A stretch of 54,173 nucleotides of DNA, counting the filler, from Jimgerdemannia flammicorona (taxonomy: Eukaryota): assembly GCA_003990765.1 (NCBI GenBank). It is 3 parts of 3 records of this genome, joined end to end, with 100 filler letters (N's around TTAATTAATTAA, not from the genome) between each part and the next. Parts side by side here need not be neighbours in the genome. Positions count along the whole stretch, not along the records: positions 1 to 17,995 come from RBNJ01002338.1; positions 18,096 to 36,086 come from RBNJ01002339.1; 1 more part is not named here. One strand, written 5' to 3'. The notes under the pieces are model-generated. The model saw only the letters and a list, made by a program, of their open reading frames with translations. It was not told where the DNA came from and did not search any database. Shown piece by piece: positions 10,670 through 23,090 of the stretch (position 1 is its first letter; each line of letters starts with the position of its first letter). The position numbers and the translations under genes were made by a program.

Positions 10670-13600
10670 GTGGACTAATAGAGAGTTGAATAACTCTATT
10701 GTCTAAGAGTTTCTGAATATGTTTCTTCCCAGTAGTAGGATATTCTATAAGACTTCTACTAAATAGATATTATATTTTCTATATTTATAAAGGAGTTCTA
10801 CTAATTGCTGCTGTTGCTAAGATATCAATTCTTCTTTAATGTTAGAGAAAGATCTTACTTTCTCCTAGATCATAGAAAGATATTTCTTTTTTCTGAGACC
10901 TTTTGTTATTTTCTAATAGATTTAGTTTATAAACTTCTCTGTATATCTAATTGAGATAGGGCATCAGATGGCCTATAATAATTTTTTTTAGCAGAATGAG
11001 GCTATCTCAGTTTTGATTAATTGCTCAAAAGTATATAGAGTTCATTTTGTCTGAAAATATATATTCTTCTATATCTAGGTTTCTGAGATCTGGTAGTATA
11101 AGGATTTCAAAGACAGTCTGCTCTTCTAGTTCTAGGATAAGATTCTTATATAGCTTAACTAGTTGATAGTATACTTACTAGAGAGTATTCTTCTTAAAGT
11201 GATTAATCTGAAGGAGATAGACTTCTTTCTTATCTGAGCTTTTAAATGTTTTAGTTTGTCTTATATCTTGGGTCAGTTTGGAGACTTCTTATAGTTGGGG
11301 AGTTTTGACTTTTATAAATATTACTTGTACAATCTTTTACTCTTTGAAGATTTAGTTCTATTCTATACTTCTATTACTTACAATGACTCTGATTTTGCCT
11401 ATATATCTAGAGTATATTGTTTTTCCTTCTAAATTAATTTCTTATCTAGTGAGTCTAGACCTTGAGATTAGTTGAATATAAGTTCCTTTAGATAACTACA
11501 AAGTAAGTTTTGTGCTGAGTACTATTGTTTTTCCAGACTTGATGAATTTGTTTCAGAGACTATAAAGATTATATTCTATATCTTTCTAATAAACTTTTAT
11601 TAGATATTTGGCCTTGGAGTATAGTAAGATATACTGAACAATATCCTTTCTGAGTTTGAGTTATTCTTAGACTGAGGATCCAGTGAATATAAGTCTCTAT
11701 ACTCTGAGATTGAGATGCAGCCATCTGGCTCTAGTAGAGGGATCTTGAAGATAATTGATTTCTCTTTTTTCTATAGGATCTAGGGCTTCTATGAAGTTGA
11801 TAGTATCTCCTATCTATTCTTGATGAGTTTTATATTAATAAGGACTAGGATATTATTTCTTAGATCATAAATCTTAAGAGATTTCTTCTTCTCTCTTGAG
11901 TATATATACTATAACATTTTAGCTGAGATGAATCTTCTGATATAGATAGTCTCAGTAGTTTGGGTGTTTTTCATAATTATAATATTCCATTGCTTGAAAA
12001 TGCAGTTCTTAGTTATTGACTTTTTACTATCTTAGAAATTAGTATCTATCCTTATTATAAGTTAGAAGGAGAGTGACCAAGAAATGTACTTCTATTTAAG
12101 TAAAGTGATCTTATCTATTGACTCATCTTCTCAACATTATAGTAGTTTCTTCAAAAGTAGTTATTTGTATAATTATTATTAGAGATCTTGGTCTACAATA
12201 TCTCTATCATTCATACTAGTCTAATAAGTAGTACTAATAGCATTAATCTCAGAAAGAGTGGAAGACCATTTGATACTGATATCTTTTTAGCCAAAAGCCT
12301 CTTTTCTAATTTGTTCCTTATTTTGAAACAATGGTAACTATACTTGATCCTTCTTCAATATTTTAGAGATTATCACCTTTTGATAGTATCTAGTAAGAAT
12401 CATCTCAGAGAATTAGCTCAGGGGATTTTTCTAGTTTAGATACTTCTTTTTTAACTATTTCTCATCTCTAGATTACTTATACTTCTATAGCTTTGATTAT
12501 AGATATCTTTAGAGAGTAGCTGCAATTCTTCTTTCTTTTTCTATATTCAGAGTAGACTATACTAAGTAAATTTCTTATTTCAATAATCTTGGAGAAATGT
12601 TTGAAGTATTTATATCTTTTAAGATAAGTGGAATATCTTTTTGCTTATCCTGTAATGACTCTAATTTTAATAGGAATAGTATCTTATACTTATATATTAT
12701 CTTTTGATCTATTATCTACTAGATTAATGTGTGAGTTAAGTATAAAATTATTTCCATCTTCAGATTTTTCTTTTTACTCTATAGTAGATTCTTTACTACT
12801 AGCATACTCTTTTTAGATAGTAATCTTCTTTTTCTTCTTTAATTACTCATAGCTGATTATTTTAATTTAGTATTTCTTTTCTCTATAGTTAAATTTGAGT
12901 ATCTGTTAATCAATGTCAATAACTGTATTCATTTTCTTCATCTAGTTGATACCAAGGATCATAGTATAGATAATAGCTTCAATAATAATAACTTTTGAGA
13001 TAGAGAACTATATATATCCTAGAGTAATAGTGATGTTTTATACTTCTCTTAGAAATTAAGTTCAAGCTCTATCAACTACTATGATACTGAGGTTAGATGG
13101 TCTATCAATAGACTACTAGAGAGTGTCTAGAAATTATTTAGCAATAATATAGATAGCTGCTTCTGTATCAATGAGAATTTTTACCTTCTATCCTCTAATA
13201 TATCTATATAGATATATATTGATATATATTTCTATAGCTTAGATGATTCTTGTTATAGAATTAGAACTCAATCAGTATAGAATCTGATAGTTCTCAATAA
13301 TTTGGTTCAAACTCTAGTAGATATTAATTATAAAAACTACTGGAGGAACTTCTATTTTAGTTACTTGAATATTTTATCAGACTTTATTATAGTTATCTTA
13401 AGATATGGTCTTTAGAGTATACTTCTTAGGGTTTGTAATTATTGACTCTTATTCTTCTTGCTTGATTTCTTCATTTTCTGGTAGTAGTTTATTTATTTCA
13501 GAAACAAAAGATAAGAGAGTCCTAAGAGATATTTCAACCTACTTCTCTTCATCTTCTTTATATTTTTTCTGAATAGTTCTTATATATCTCTGGATGACCT

Positions 13601-15418
13601 TTCTACTAGTCTCTTCTTTTTCTCAACTAGGTAGACTATTTACTTAGAAATGATCTTTATTAGATATAGATCTAGATCACTATATTCATTGCTATTACTT
13701 TTCTCTTTAAAGTCTTCAATGGAGTGGTCTTTAGCCTTTTTATACTGGGTTACATTTTTTTGATTTAGTGACTCTAAGTTCTTTCAGTCACATCTTCTAC
13801 TATCACAATCTATAATATAGTATCTAAACTATCTATAATAGAAGTATTGAACTTGAGCTCTATCTCAGAATAGATATTTTCTTTCTTTTTATAGCTGGTA
13901 GCTTCTGTTGTCTCTAAGTAGATAGTCTTAGTTTCTTCATAATATATAATCTTTATCTTATAGATAGCTCTGATTTTTACATATAGTGAGTTTTTCAATT
14001 TGCTTCACTAATTAGTTCAACTTGGAGTTGAGGTCTTGGATTTTATTTCTCTCTTTCTTTCACTCCTTAATTGACTTTTCTTCTGGTTTTCTATATTCTT
14101 AAAGGAGTTCTTATAGAGTTTTAACCAAGGTCTTTCTTGTTATCTTTCTTATTATAATTACTCCAGGTAGTTTCTTGTCTAATATTGAAAAATTCTTATA
14201 CTGTATCTACTTATTCTTCAGACTAGTACTCTCAATGAATTGAATCAAAGGTCTAATTCAATTTGATTTAAGGTCTAATTTGAACCCTATTTTTTGAAAT
14301 ATAATAACTCAACAAATACACATCCAAATTCAATAGTCTTTAGCATGTTAGATTTCTCTTATATAGGGGAATCTAACAAACTAAAGATTATTGGATTTGG
14401 ATATATATATATTTATCAAGTTATTATATTTTGAAAAATAAGGTTTGAATTAGACCCTTAATTTAATTTGAATTTAATTTGATTTGAACTTGATTTAAAT
14501 TGAAAAATCCTCAATTCAATTTAATTCAAATAACTCTCAATTTAATTCAATTTGAATTAATTCAATTTATTTGTAAGTACTACATCAGATCTTCTAATGC
14601 CTAGGATGTAGATATACGGAATAATATTTAAAAGAATTCTATTCATAAAGATTATTGGACCTATGATGTCCTAGTTAGTAATATTAAACTTAACTATATA
14701 TATTTTTTTCTAGATTCTGGTGAAGAATACTCTAGGTGATTCTTTAAGATTTATCTTTATTTCTTATAATAGATCTTAGATCTTATAACAAGTTTCATTT
14801 CTTATATATTTTTTGATGAACCAGTGAATCATGGCTTTATATTCTTTATTCTAAGATACTACTGTCTGAATAGCTGTTCTAAGATCTGAGTATGCATTAT
14901 TTGCTACTCAGTTGAAAATTTCTTTAGCTGGTTTTCTGAGTTGGACTTTGAAAATAGCAATCTTTCTCTAAACAGTAAGATACTTTAGAGCTGTGATTCT
15001 TTTAATTTTATTAATGAATTCTCTTGGATCTTCTTCTGAGTATCTTACAAAGATTAGTATTAGAGTATATAGTTATTTTATTATCACTATCTTCTGGTTC
15101 TAATTCTAATTCTGATTTACTTTCTGAGTTATTACTAAAGCTTAGAATACTTGGATATCCTGAAGATAGAGTTGTTAATCTTAAGCAAAATATAGTAGAT
15201 CTGAGTATTCTTAAAGATACTGAGCTGAGAGAATCTATTAGTTTTAGTAGTAGTGAGATTGGTGGTACTTCTGCTATAAGAAACTAATAATGGGTAATAT
15301 AATCTTTAAGTTTCTATACAAGTTTATCAAAAGTTTAGATATAGTCTTCTATATTCTCTAGCTAGATCAAATCTCTTAGTAATAAGTCTACTGGTACTTT
15401 TTGGGTATTTATGAGCTG

Positions 15419-15421
<3 letters not shown>
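10670..15421 (-). mobile_element. Family A copy A2 (gag to RT start), hyper-mutated
   Basis: Colinear with A1 ~1860-6430. Differences are overwhelmingly C>T/G>A. Interrupted by the MITE and ends at the LINE tail. Confidence 0.9.
14224..14582 (-). mobile_element. hAT-like fold-back MITE, copy 2 (359 bp), inserted in A2 gag
   Basis: Reverse-complement homolog of 10123-10503. Termini TAGTACT...AGTACTA. TSD CTTCAGAC/CATCAGAT; A1 has a single CTTCAGAC at the empty site (~5631-5638). Confidence 0.9.
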
Positions 15422-15459
<38 letters not shown>

Positions 15460-17960
15460 TAGTTACTTGGACTTTGCCATTTATTACCAATCTATAGATA
15501 TAGTTACAGTACCACCTCCCACTCTCTTCACACTTGAAAGCCACCCTTTTGCCCATCACCCCAACTCTCCCCCCACTCTGCCTATAGATTTTCTCAACCA
15601 AACTATACTACTGATCACCCTGTAGGCCCAATCAAGCCACTAGCCTATCAAGATATCCTCCATCAGCTCTTCTCATCTTAGCAGTCATGTCCTCAATCCT
15701 AGTCTCCTTTTATCCTCGAAAACAAATAACCAGTAATTCACCAACCTCACTTATATAGCCAAAACCCAATCTAGAGTAAGCTACTCTAATCTAATCCCCT
15801 CTATTAATCTATCTTGCAAATCCTCCCATTGGTCTCTCATATTACCTCCCCTATGTACTACACTTAATCAATGCCCAACTACTAATCAGAAGTTGCCAAG
15901 TACCTCATACTCTCTCATTCAATATTCAGACATCTATATAAAACCCTCTTCCTACTCTACATTATAACACTCCTCACAGTCAAAACTTCTCCCCTTAACT
16001 AGATGGCCTAAGCAAAAGTTAAGTATGACATTTCTCCACAATATATACTACTAGACCACCCAGTACTTTGGTGGCAACTATTGTCTGACCTCAGCACTCC
16101 AGGCCCAAACCCCATTCCAATCTCACTCCACCCCAATATCTACCTGCTACTATCCATCTGGCTACAAATCCTGTCCTAACTCTCTCTAATACTCTACCCT
16201 ATCACTAATATCAAAATCTAGTAGCAAGATATCTCCCAACAGTATATGGTCCCATCTCCATATTGCAGGGCCCCAAGGCATCTCCCCTTTATCTCTCTGC
16301 CAATGAATTCTAATGCAGTGTGTACTATCTACAATCCCCCACCAGAATCTCTTATACTATATATGACCATTGTTCTGAAGCCTAACTAAGGACAGTAGAT
16401 CACCTGTAGAGTCTCTTGGTGAGGACTTCATCTCCCAGACCCTCTTTATCAGGGGAACCCAGTTACTATTTCTTAGCTCCACTGCTCTCTTCAGCCACCA
16501 CACTCTCAGGTAGTACAGTCTCTTTGGAAAGTCAACCAGCCTCAGACCTCCTCTAGTAACTAGCAGAGACAAGATTTCCCAGCTAACCTGACTCCTTCTC
16601 CCAGCCCAGATCCAACTCTTGGCCAGTTTCAACAATTGCTTCACCATCCAGGCTGAGAAGTCCAGATGATAAGCCAAGTACTATAGCTTTGGTAGCTAGT
16701 AGATATTCAAAATAGAAACATGTCTAGCTAGAGACAACTGGTGGCCACCCCAACTCTGCAGAGCCTCCCCCCAGATTGCAACTTACTGTTCCCACCAAGC
16801 TCTAGGTAAGACTGATCCATAAACTGAGAGATAAATACCTAGATATCTCACTACCTCTCTAGCAGAGATAATTGTTCCAATGACATCGCCACCCATCAAA
16901 CCATTACCTAATACTATTATCTCATACTTATGCTAGTTGAGTTTAGCCCCAGAATGTATCTCATATCACTCTACTATTGTCTTGAGTTTTTTCATATTGA
17001 CAATTGATCTCAAGCCAACCACTATGTCATCTGCAAAGACTCCAACCTTCTATCCAATGCCTAATACTGAGAGCCCTACTATCTTCTGCTGAATTCTATC
17101 TATCAATGGCTCCAATGAGAGTGCATACAAAATGGGGGACAGCAGATCCCCTTGGAGGACCCTCCTACCCAGAGGAAAAGCCCCCCCTCAGTACTTATTA
17201 CACATAAGCACTACTTGACTCCCTTCTAGTAGACTGATCATTGCTACTCAGAACTGCTGAGGGATACCAATTTTATCCAGTACATTTGTCAACAAGACCC
17301 ACTAAACACAGTCATATGCCTTCTCTTGATCCAGAAAAACCAGGCACCCATCCAGTCTGCAGGCTTGTACCCCTTCAATAACACCATACACCTAAGCTGT
17401 GCTATCCCTAATGAGCTAGTCACCTACAAAGCCCTACTACTCCTCCCCCAATACCTGCTGGGCCACCTTCTGCAATCTTACTACTACCAAATTAGTAACC
17501 AACTTCCTGTCCATATCCAGTAGCATGATTGGCTGCCAGTTCCTCCAGTCTTCTCTTCTGCCTTTATCCTTATAGAGCAGTACTACCAGCCTCAGATCCT
17601 GCTTGCCCACTCATCTCTCTGACTGTAGCACTATATCACATATTGCCATCAATTCTTCTAGCACACCAGAGATTCCCACCATCTTCTTCCAAATGTCCCA
17701 AGGCAAGCCATCCTCTCCTGGTACTATATTCAGCAAAGTCATGGTAAAAATCTGACAAATCTCCTCCTCCTATACCAGTAGCACCAGATTGTCCAGTCCT
17801 CTCACCTATGGTGGGTGCCAATTCTCCAAAATACAGTCAATGGTAGCATCATCAGCCCCCCTCTCCTCCTCACTCCACAGACTACTCCACTTTCTCTTTA
17901 ATAATTTGAGAATATCTTGTATACTGTGCACTAGATGATTATCAGCATCCAAAACCCCCT

Positions 17961-17963
<3 letters not shown>
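15422..17963 (-). mobile_element. L1/Tx1-like non-LTR retrotransposon, 3' part with poly(A) tail
   Basis: LDQEKAYD, QGDLLSP, FADD, RYLGI and WAGRRSQVSWEIL...RGGLRLVD on minus. T35 at 15422-15456 is the tail. Confidence 0.9.
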
Positions 17964-17995
<32 letters not shown>

Positions 17996-18095
17996 NNNNN
18001 NNNNNNNNNNNNNNNNNNNNNNNNNNNNNNNNNNNNNNNTTAATTAATTAANNNNNNNNNNNNNNNNNNNNNNNNNNNNNNNNNNNNNNNNNNNN
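17996..18095. other. Artificial contig linker
   Basis: N44-TTAATTAATTAA-N44, which places stops in all six frames. Confidence 0.98.
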
Positions 18096-18278
18096 AAAAA
18101 AAAAAAAAGGACTTTGATTGAGACGTCAACCTGATCTTGAAATCAATAAGCATAGAGGACATACTCCATATGAAAATTAATCTTGACCATAAGAAAACAG
18201 TCTTCCAGAATATCCAGAACTTCCAGAAAATCCTTCCAGAACTATATAATGGTTACCCTAAAAAGCAACCCTCTTATA

Positions 18279-21200
18279 ACTTGATAGCAGTGGTTTACAA
18301 TCTAATTCTGCTTCAAGATGCTTCCTCACCCCACTATAAACCCCTCTGTGAATTCCTACAAGTTGGTATAAAGCCCAACCTCTGAACTGGAATTTATCCT
18401 GAACTATCTAACAATCTAGAGAGAATTGAACCTGACATACAAGGACAATTTGACCTCCACACCTGTAACAAGTGGGACAAACTTCATTTGAAGAAAGAAT
18501 TACTCCAGTTAAATCAGCAAATAGGTGAAACTCTATTCACCAAACTCCTTGCTCTACACCCAGTAAGTCAAGACGAAAAAGGCCTTATAGAAGCCTTCTT
18601 TACTCTTCTCAACAAGAGTTTTGTCAGCTCTACAAATCTGAGTAATCTAGAACAACCAGCAGCAGTCTTTCTAGCTTTAGTTCCTCATGAAGCCCAAGCC
18701 TCTATAGCTAAGTGGCTCAACTCTACTGATTTTCACTACACCAGGACCAAGACTGCATTATACTACTGATTTCAGAACAGCAAGGCCTACCATATTCTTA
18801 AAGAAGAAGTAAGAGAAACCCTTCATCAACTATCTGATCCTGAACCTGAAACAGGCCCTGCTACAGCTCTACCTGAATCTGAAACCAATACTGAAGCAGA
18901 ACTTGACTTTGAATTAAGTCCATCTGAAATCAGATACACAACTGATTCTGTCTACTTTGATGCCGAGCAAACCCAATTATACAAGGACCAAACTGAAGAA
19001 GAGGAGGAGTATCTCAGCAAATTCGATTCTGGATACACCACTGAAGGAGAAGCACCTCCATCAGGACAGAATATACCTATACAGTAACAAACAGCTACCT
19101 ATTGAGCTCTCACTCCAGACCCACAACTATTACTCTAGTAACTTATACAGACTCAAAGAACACCCTCACACTCTGCACCAGTACCTCAAGTAGTACCAGT
19201 AACACCACTACCAGCAGTCCAACCGCCTCCAGTAGCTGAACAGACCCAACCTACCAAAAATCTGAGCCTACCTATCTTCAATGATACTGCACAAGAAGTC
19301 CAAAGCTTTATTAGTATAGTTGATACTAACTTCGAAGCCAATCAATGGACCAATGAGCAAGTTGCTGACCACATTCTGACAAACAATCAAGACCACACTC
19401 TGGAACAACTCTTTGCTACCACTACAGCCTATATCTGCTGAGTTGTTACATTTTTCCAAGGATCTGCCAAAGAATGGTGGCAAACCCTTCTTGAAAAACT
19501 CCTCATATGGGATACCTAACCAGCAGTAGTTGCTCAGAATGCAGCAAACAATGTCCTAGGATATGGAGCTCATCCTGCAACCCCTGGACTCAAAAAACTC
19601 ATAATTGCTCAATACTACAGCGAAACTATGATTGCTGAATCCTGAGTAAAACTCTGCAACCTCAAATTTGATGTATATAGCAAAGAAGAATTTGAAACCT
19701 TCTGTACAAAACTCAAGTCACTCCTGAACACTGTTGGCCTAGGATACATTACCAATGATGAAGCATGAAATGGTATAAGAGCAGACCATTTATTCAATAT
19801 ACTGCCTGAATGGCTTACTAGAAAAATCTAAGAACAAGGCCACCTAGTTGGTTGTGACCACCAACAATGGTGTCTAGCCAGAATCAAAACTATGATTAAG
19901 TGAATCCTAACAGCTGGACCAATTCTGCTCTGAAGACAATTCAAAAACAAGAAAAAGACTTGGACCAAGAAAGAAGAACCCAAGCATGAAGCATCCCAAG
20001 CTCCCTCCACATCCTCCTCTTGGACACCCAGAAATCATGAACCCACTCAGCCAAGTACCTTCAAGAAACTCACTGAAGGTGAAAGGAATGAACTTCGAAG
20101 AAGCAGAGCATGCTTCTATTGCCGAAAGACAGGACACATGGCCAGTGCCTGCCCTAACTGAAAACCCTGAACAGCAACATGAGCAACTGTTACCACTCTG
20201 CACCACCTCAACAACCTGACTACCAGAATACTGAACTTTGTCAAGTTAAGACAAACTGCTAAGGTCCCAACCAAAGGAAGTCAAAAAGCAGCTAGATATG
20301 ATCTATATACAGCCGAAGAAGCTACAGTTTCCAACTGAGAAGTTAAACAAGTCTACACAGGAATCAGTATCCAAATCCCTGAAGGATATGTTAGAAGAAT
20401 ATGCTGTCACAGCAGCCTAGCATTGAAAGGACTCTCAGTAGAAGGAGGAGTCATTGATGAAGACTATACAGGTAAAGTCATTGTCCTCATCTGAAACCAC
20501 AGTTGGACACTCTTCAAGATCCCTATTGGTTTCTGCATTGCCCAGATTCTATTCAAAAAAATTGAGTCAACCCTGACAGTCAAGGAAGTCCCTGAACTAC
20601 TACCTACCATCCGAGGATCTAAAGGATTTGGCTCATCAAACAAGGCCCCAGCCCAACCTACTATGAGTAAAGAAGAACAATTCTATAAGAAGATTGAAGA
20701 CAGATATGTACCAAGTAGCTGATGCTCTCATGGCATTAGAATGTACTCTTCCCGAATGATTGATGATTGCTTCTCTTGTATCAATGAACTAGCATAAAGA
20801 AGAACCAACAGAAGGAAAGCCCCTACAACTGAAATCACTACCATTGGATCAGACAAACTACTTACACTTAAAGCTTTTGTCAACTGAGCACTTGTCAAGA
20901 TTATAATAGACAGTAGTGCCTCAGGCAACTTCATCAATGAAGAAACAGCCAACAGACTTAAGGTCTTCACCTCTCCAATACAACAAACCCAAGCAGTCGC
21001 CACAGCCAATGGAACCTCACATGTTATTAGCAAGGAAGTCTGCAACCTACCCTTCTGAATTGGAGACTACCGAGTACATATTACTCTCCAAATTGTACCA
21101 CTTCCTGACAATGAAATCATCCTTAGAACCCTATGGTTGAAATAAGAGAATCCCATGATTGATTGGGTAAACCATTCTCTGACCATTAAGAAAGGATGCC

Positions 21201-21596
21201 ATAACTTCAAACTGTAAGGCAAAAAGAACCCACTCAATTCTAGTGACCCTGGACCAAAGATCACCCATATCAACAAGCTATAACTCAAGAAATTGGCCAA
21301 GAAATGCCCTCTTTTTGCTATCTCCATCCGCACATCCAAAGGAGAACCCAAGAACTCTGAAGAAGACTTTTCCAAAGTTGACAGCTGTATCAGACCACTA
21401 CTCCAGAAGATCTGAGACACATTTCTGAACTGAACTACAGAACCACCTGTACCTGTCATTAGTAATGACTAAGAAGAATATAAAGTTGAACAAATCCTCA
21501 ACAAACACAGCCACAAGAATCATCCAAATGGTACAACAACACCAGAACAAATTAGAAGACCCTGACAAGGACATTGAAAGCTAAGAAGGAGAGAGT
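18279..21596 (+). pseudogene. Internal region unit 1: gag-CCHC-dUTPase-protease, no RT/RH/IN
   Basis: CFYCRKTGHMASAC, dUTPase ~20237-20635, PR ~20900, deletion junction ~21420, private ~75-bp gag deletion near 19233. Confidence 0.9.
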
Positions 21597-23090
21597 TGTA
21601 AGCACATAATCTCTAAGCTACCAAAATTGCATGGCATCCTCAGAACTAATTTGGAAACCACATGCGAGACTACAAAACAAGTTACTGAAGAGATCATCTG
21701 GTTACACGAAATACACCAGCAAGCATAAGAACCTACCACCAAGATATAAGAATACTAGAAGAAGTACTACAACCACAAGACTAACTCCAAACCACTATAA
21801 CTAGTTTGGTATACTGTATTATTACAAAAGAAAACTGAAAGTACCAAACTCAAATCAAGACAAGAAGAACTCTATCTCATCTACCAAAAGGTTTACGAAC
21901 TGTACTTATCAACTCAAGACCAAGATACACTGTGACTATATAAGACCTCATTACTTAGCAGAAGCAAAATGCATTTGAACAACTCTATTTGCTCTATCTG
22001 TATCACCTCTATTGGAGAGTGACAGATGCTTCATCTGAACTCAAAAAAGCCAACAACATCAAAACCAATCTCAAGCTATCCATGTGATAGATATTACTAC
22101 TAGAAATTGTCTCAGATTACAGAAAATATCATTTCCGAGAGGTTCAAATCCCCAGCTGTGACATTGGGAGCCCTTGCCCTAGATGAGAATAGCCAGTCCT
22201 CACAAATGTACCAGCAGACCAAAAAAAAAAGAGAACCAAGACCTGTTATCCTTGTACAACCACTGCCACCAAGGATAGCCTTAATCTTGCAAGAGATAGA
22301 AGTGACAATATCTTGAAACTGATGATGTCAGAAGTCAGAAAACTGCTCAGACTTTGCCAGCAATGATGTCATCAATAGTGATGTCATCAAAGACTAACCA
22401 GACAGCACCTAAACCTATAAATAGCTTAGCAGTCATAGTATAGTTAGATCAGCCTTGTACAATGTGACTGTAAACTAACTCAGCAGTCAGACGATCTCTT
22501 GACATATCAGATCACTCTTGTACTATGTGACTGTATTCTGATTCAGCAAGGCACTTAGTGCTACATCCATATCTAGTATAGTCCAGATAGCCCCTCACTA
22601 ATATAAATACCCCCTCCCCCAGACCTCAGAATCTCAGACCTGAACAATCCGAACACAACTCCTGAGTACTTCTCCACAATATCCCTTTACCTAACTATTT
22701 CTAGTATAGCAATATCATGAATAGTGAATAAACCTATTTAATAACCCACAAACCACTCTTAAGTAAACCCATCCCCTGTTAGATCCCACTCCTAACCCTG
22801 TCACGAATTTCCTAATTGGGTATTGTCTGCAGCAATATGCCAATTCAACTAAGCTAGTCTTAGTTTCTTGAACTTCCTGAAATATGGAAAATCCTGAATA
22901 TCCAGAACTAGTCCAAGAAAGGACTTTGATTGAGATATCAACCCGATCTTGAAATCAATAAGTATAGAGGACATACTCCATATGAAAATTGATCTTGACC
23001 ATAAGAAAATGGTCTTCCAGAACATCCAGAACTTTCAGAAAACTCTTTCAGAACTACATAATGGTTACCCTAAAAAGCAACCCTCTTACA
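21597..23090 (+). repeat. Shared LTR of the array (1494 bp, variant U3)
   Basis: TGTAAG...CTTACA, preceded by a PPT and followed by ACT-TGGTAGCAGTGG. Confidence 0.93.

Noticed and set aside
10123..14582. One 4.5-kb composite transposon bounded by long inverted repeats
   Set aside because: Each MITE has its own TSD and A2 continues past copy 2, so these are independent insertions.
18040..18051. TTAATTAATTAA palindrome as a biological site
   Set aside because: It is embedded in N padding and repeated at 36131-36142, so it is an assembly linker.
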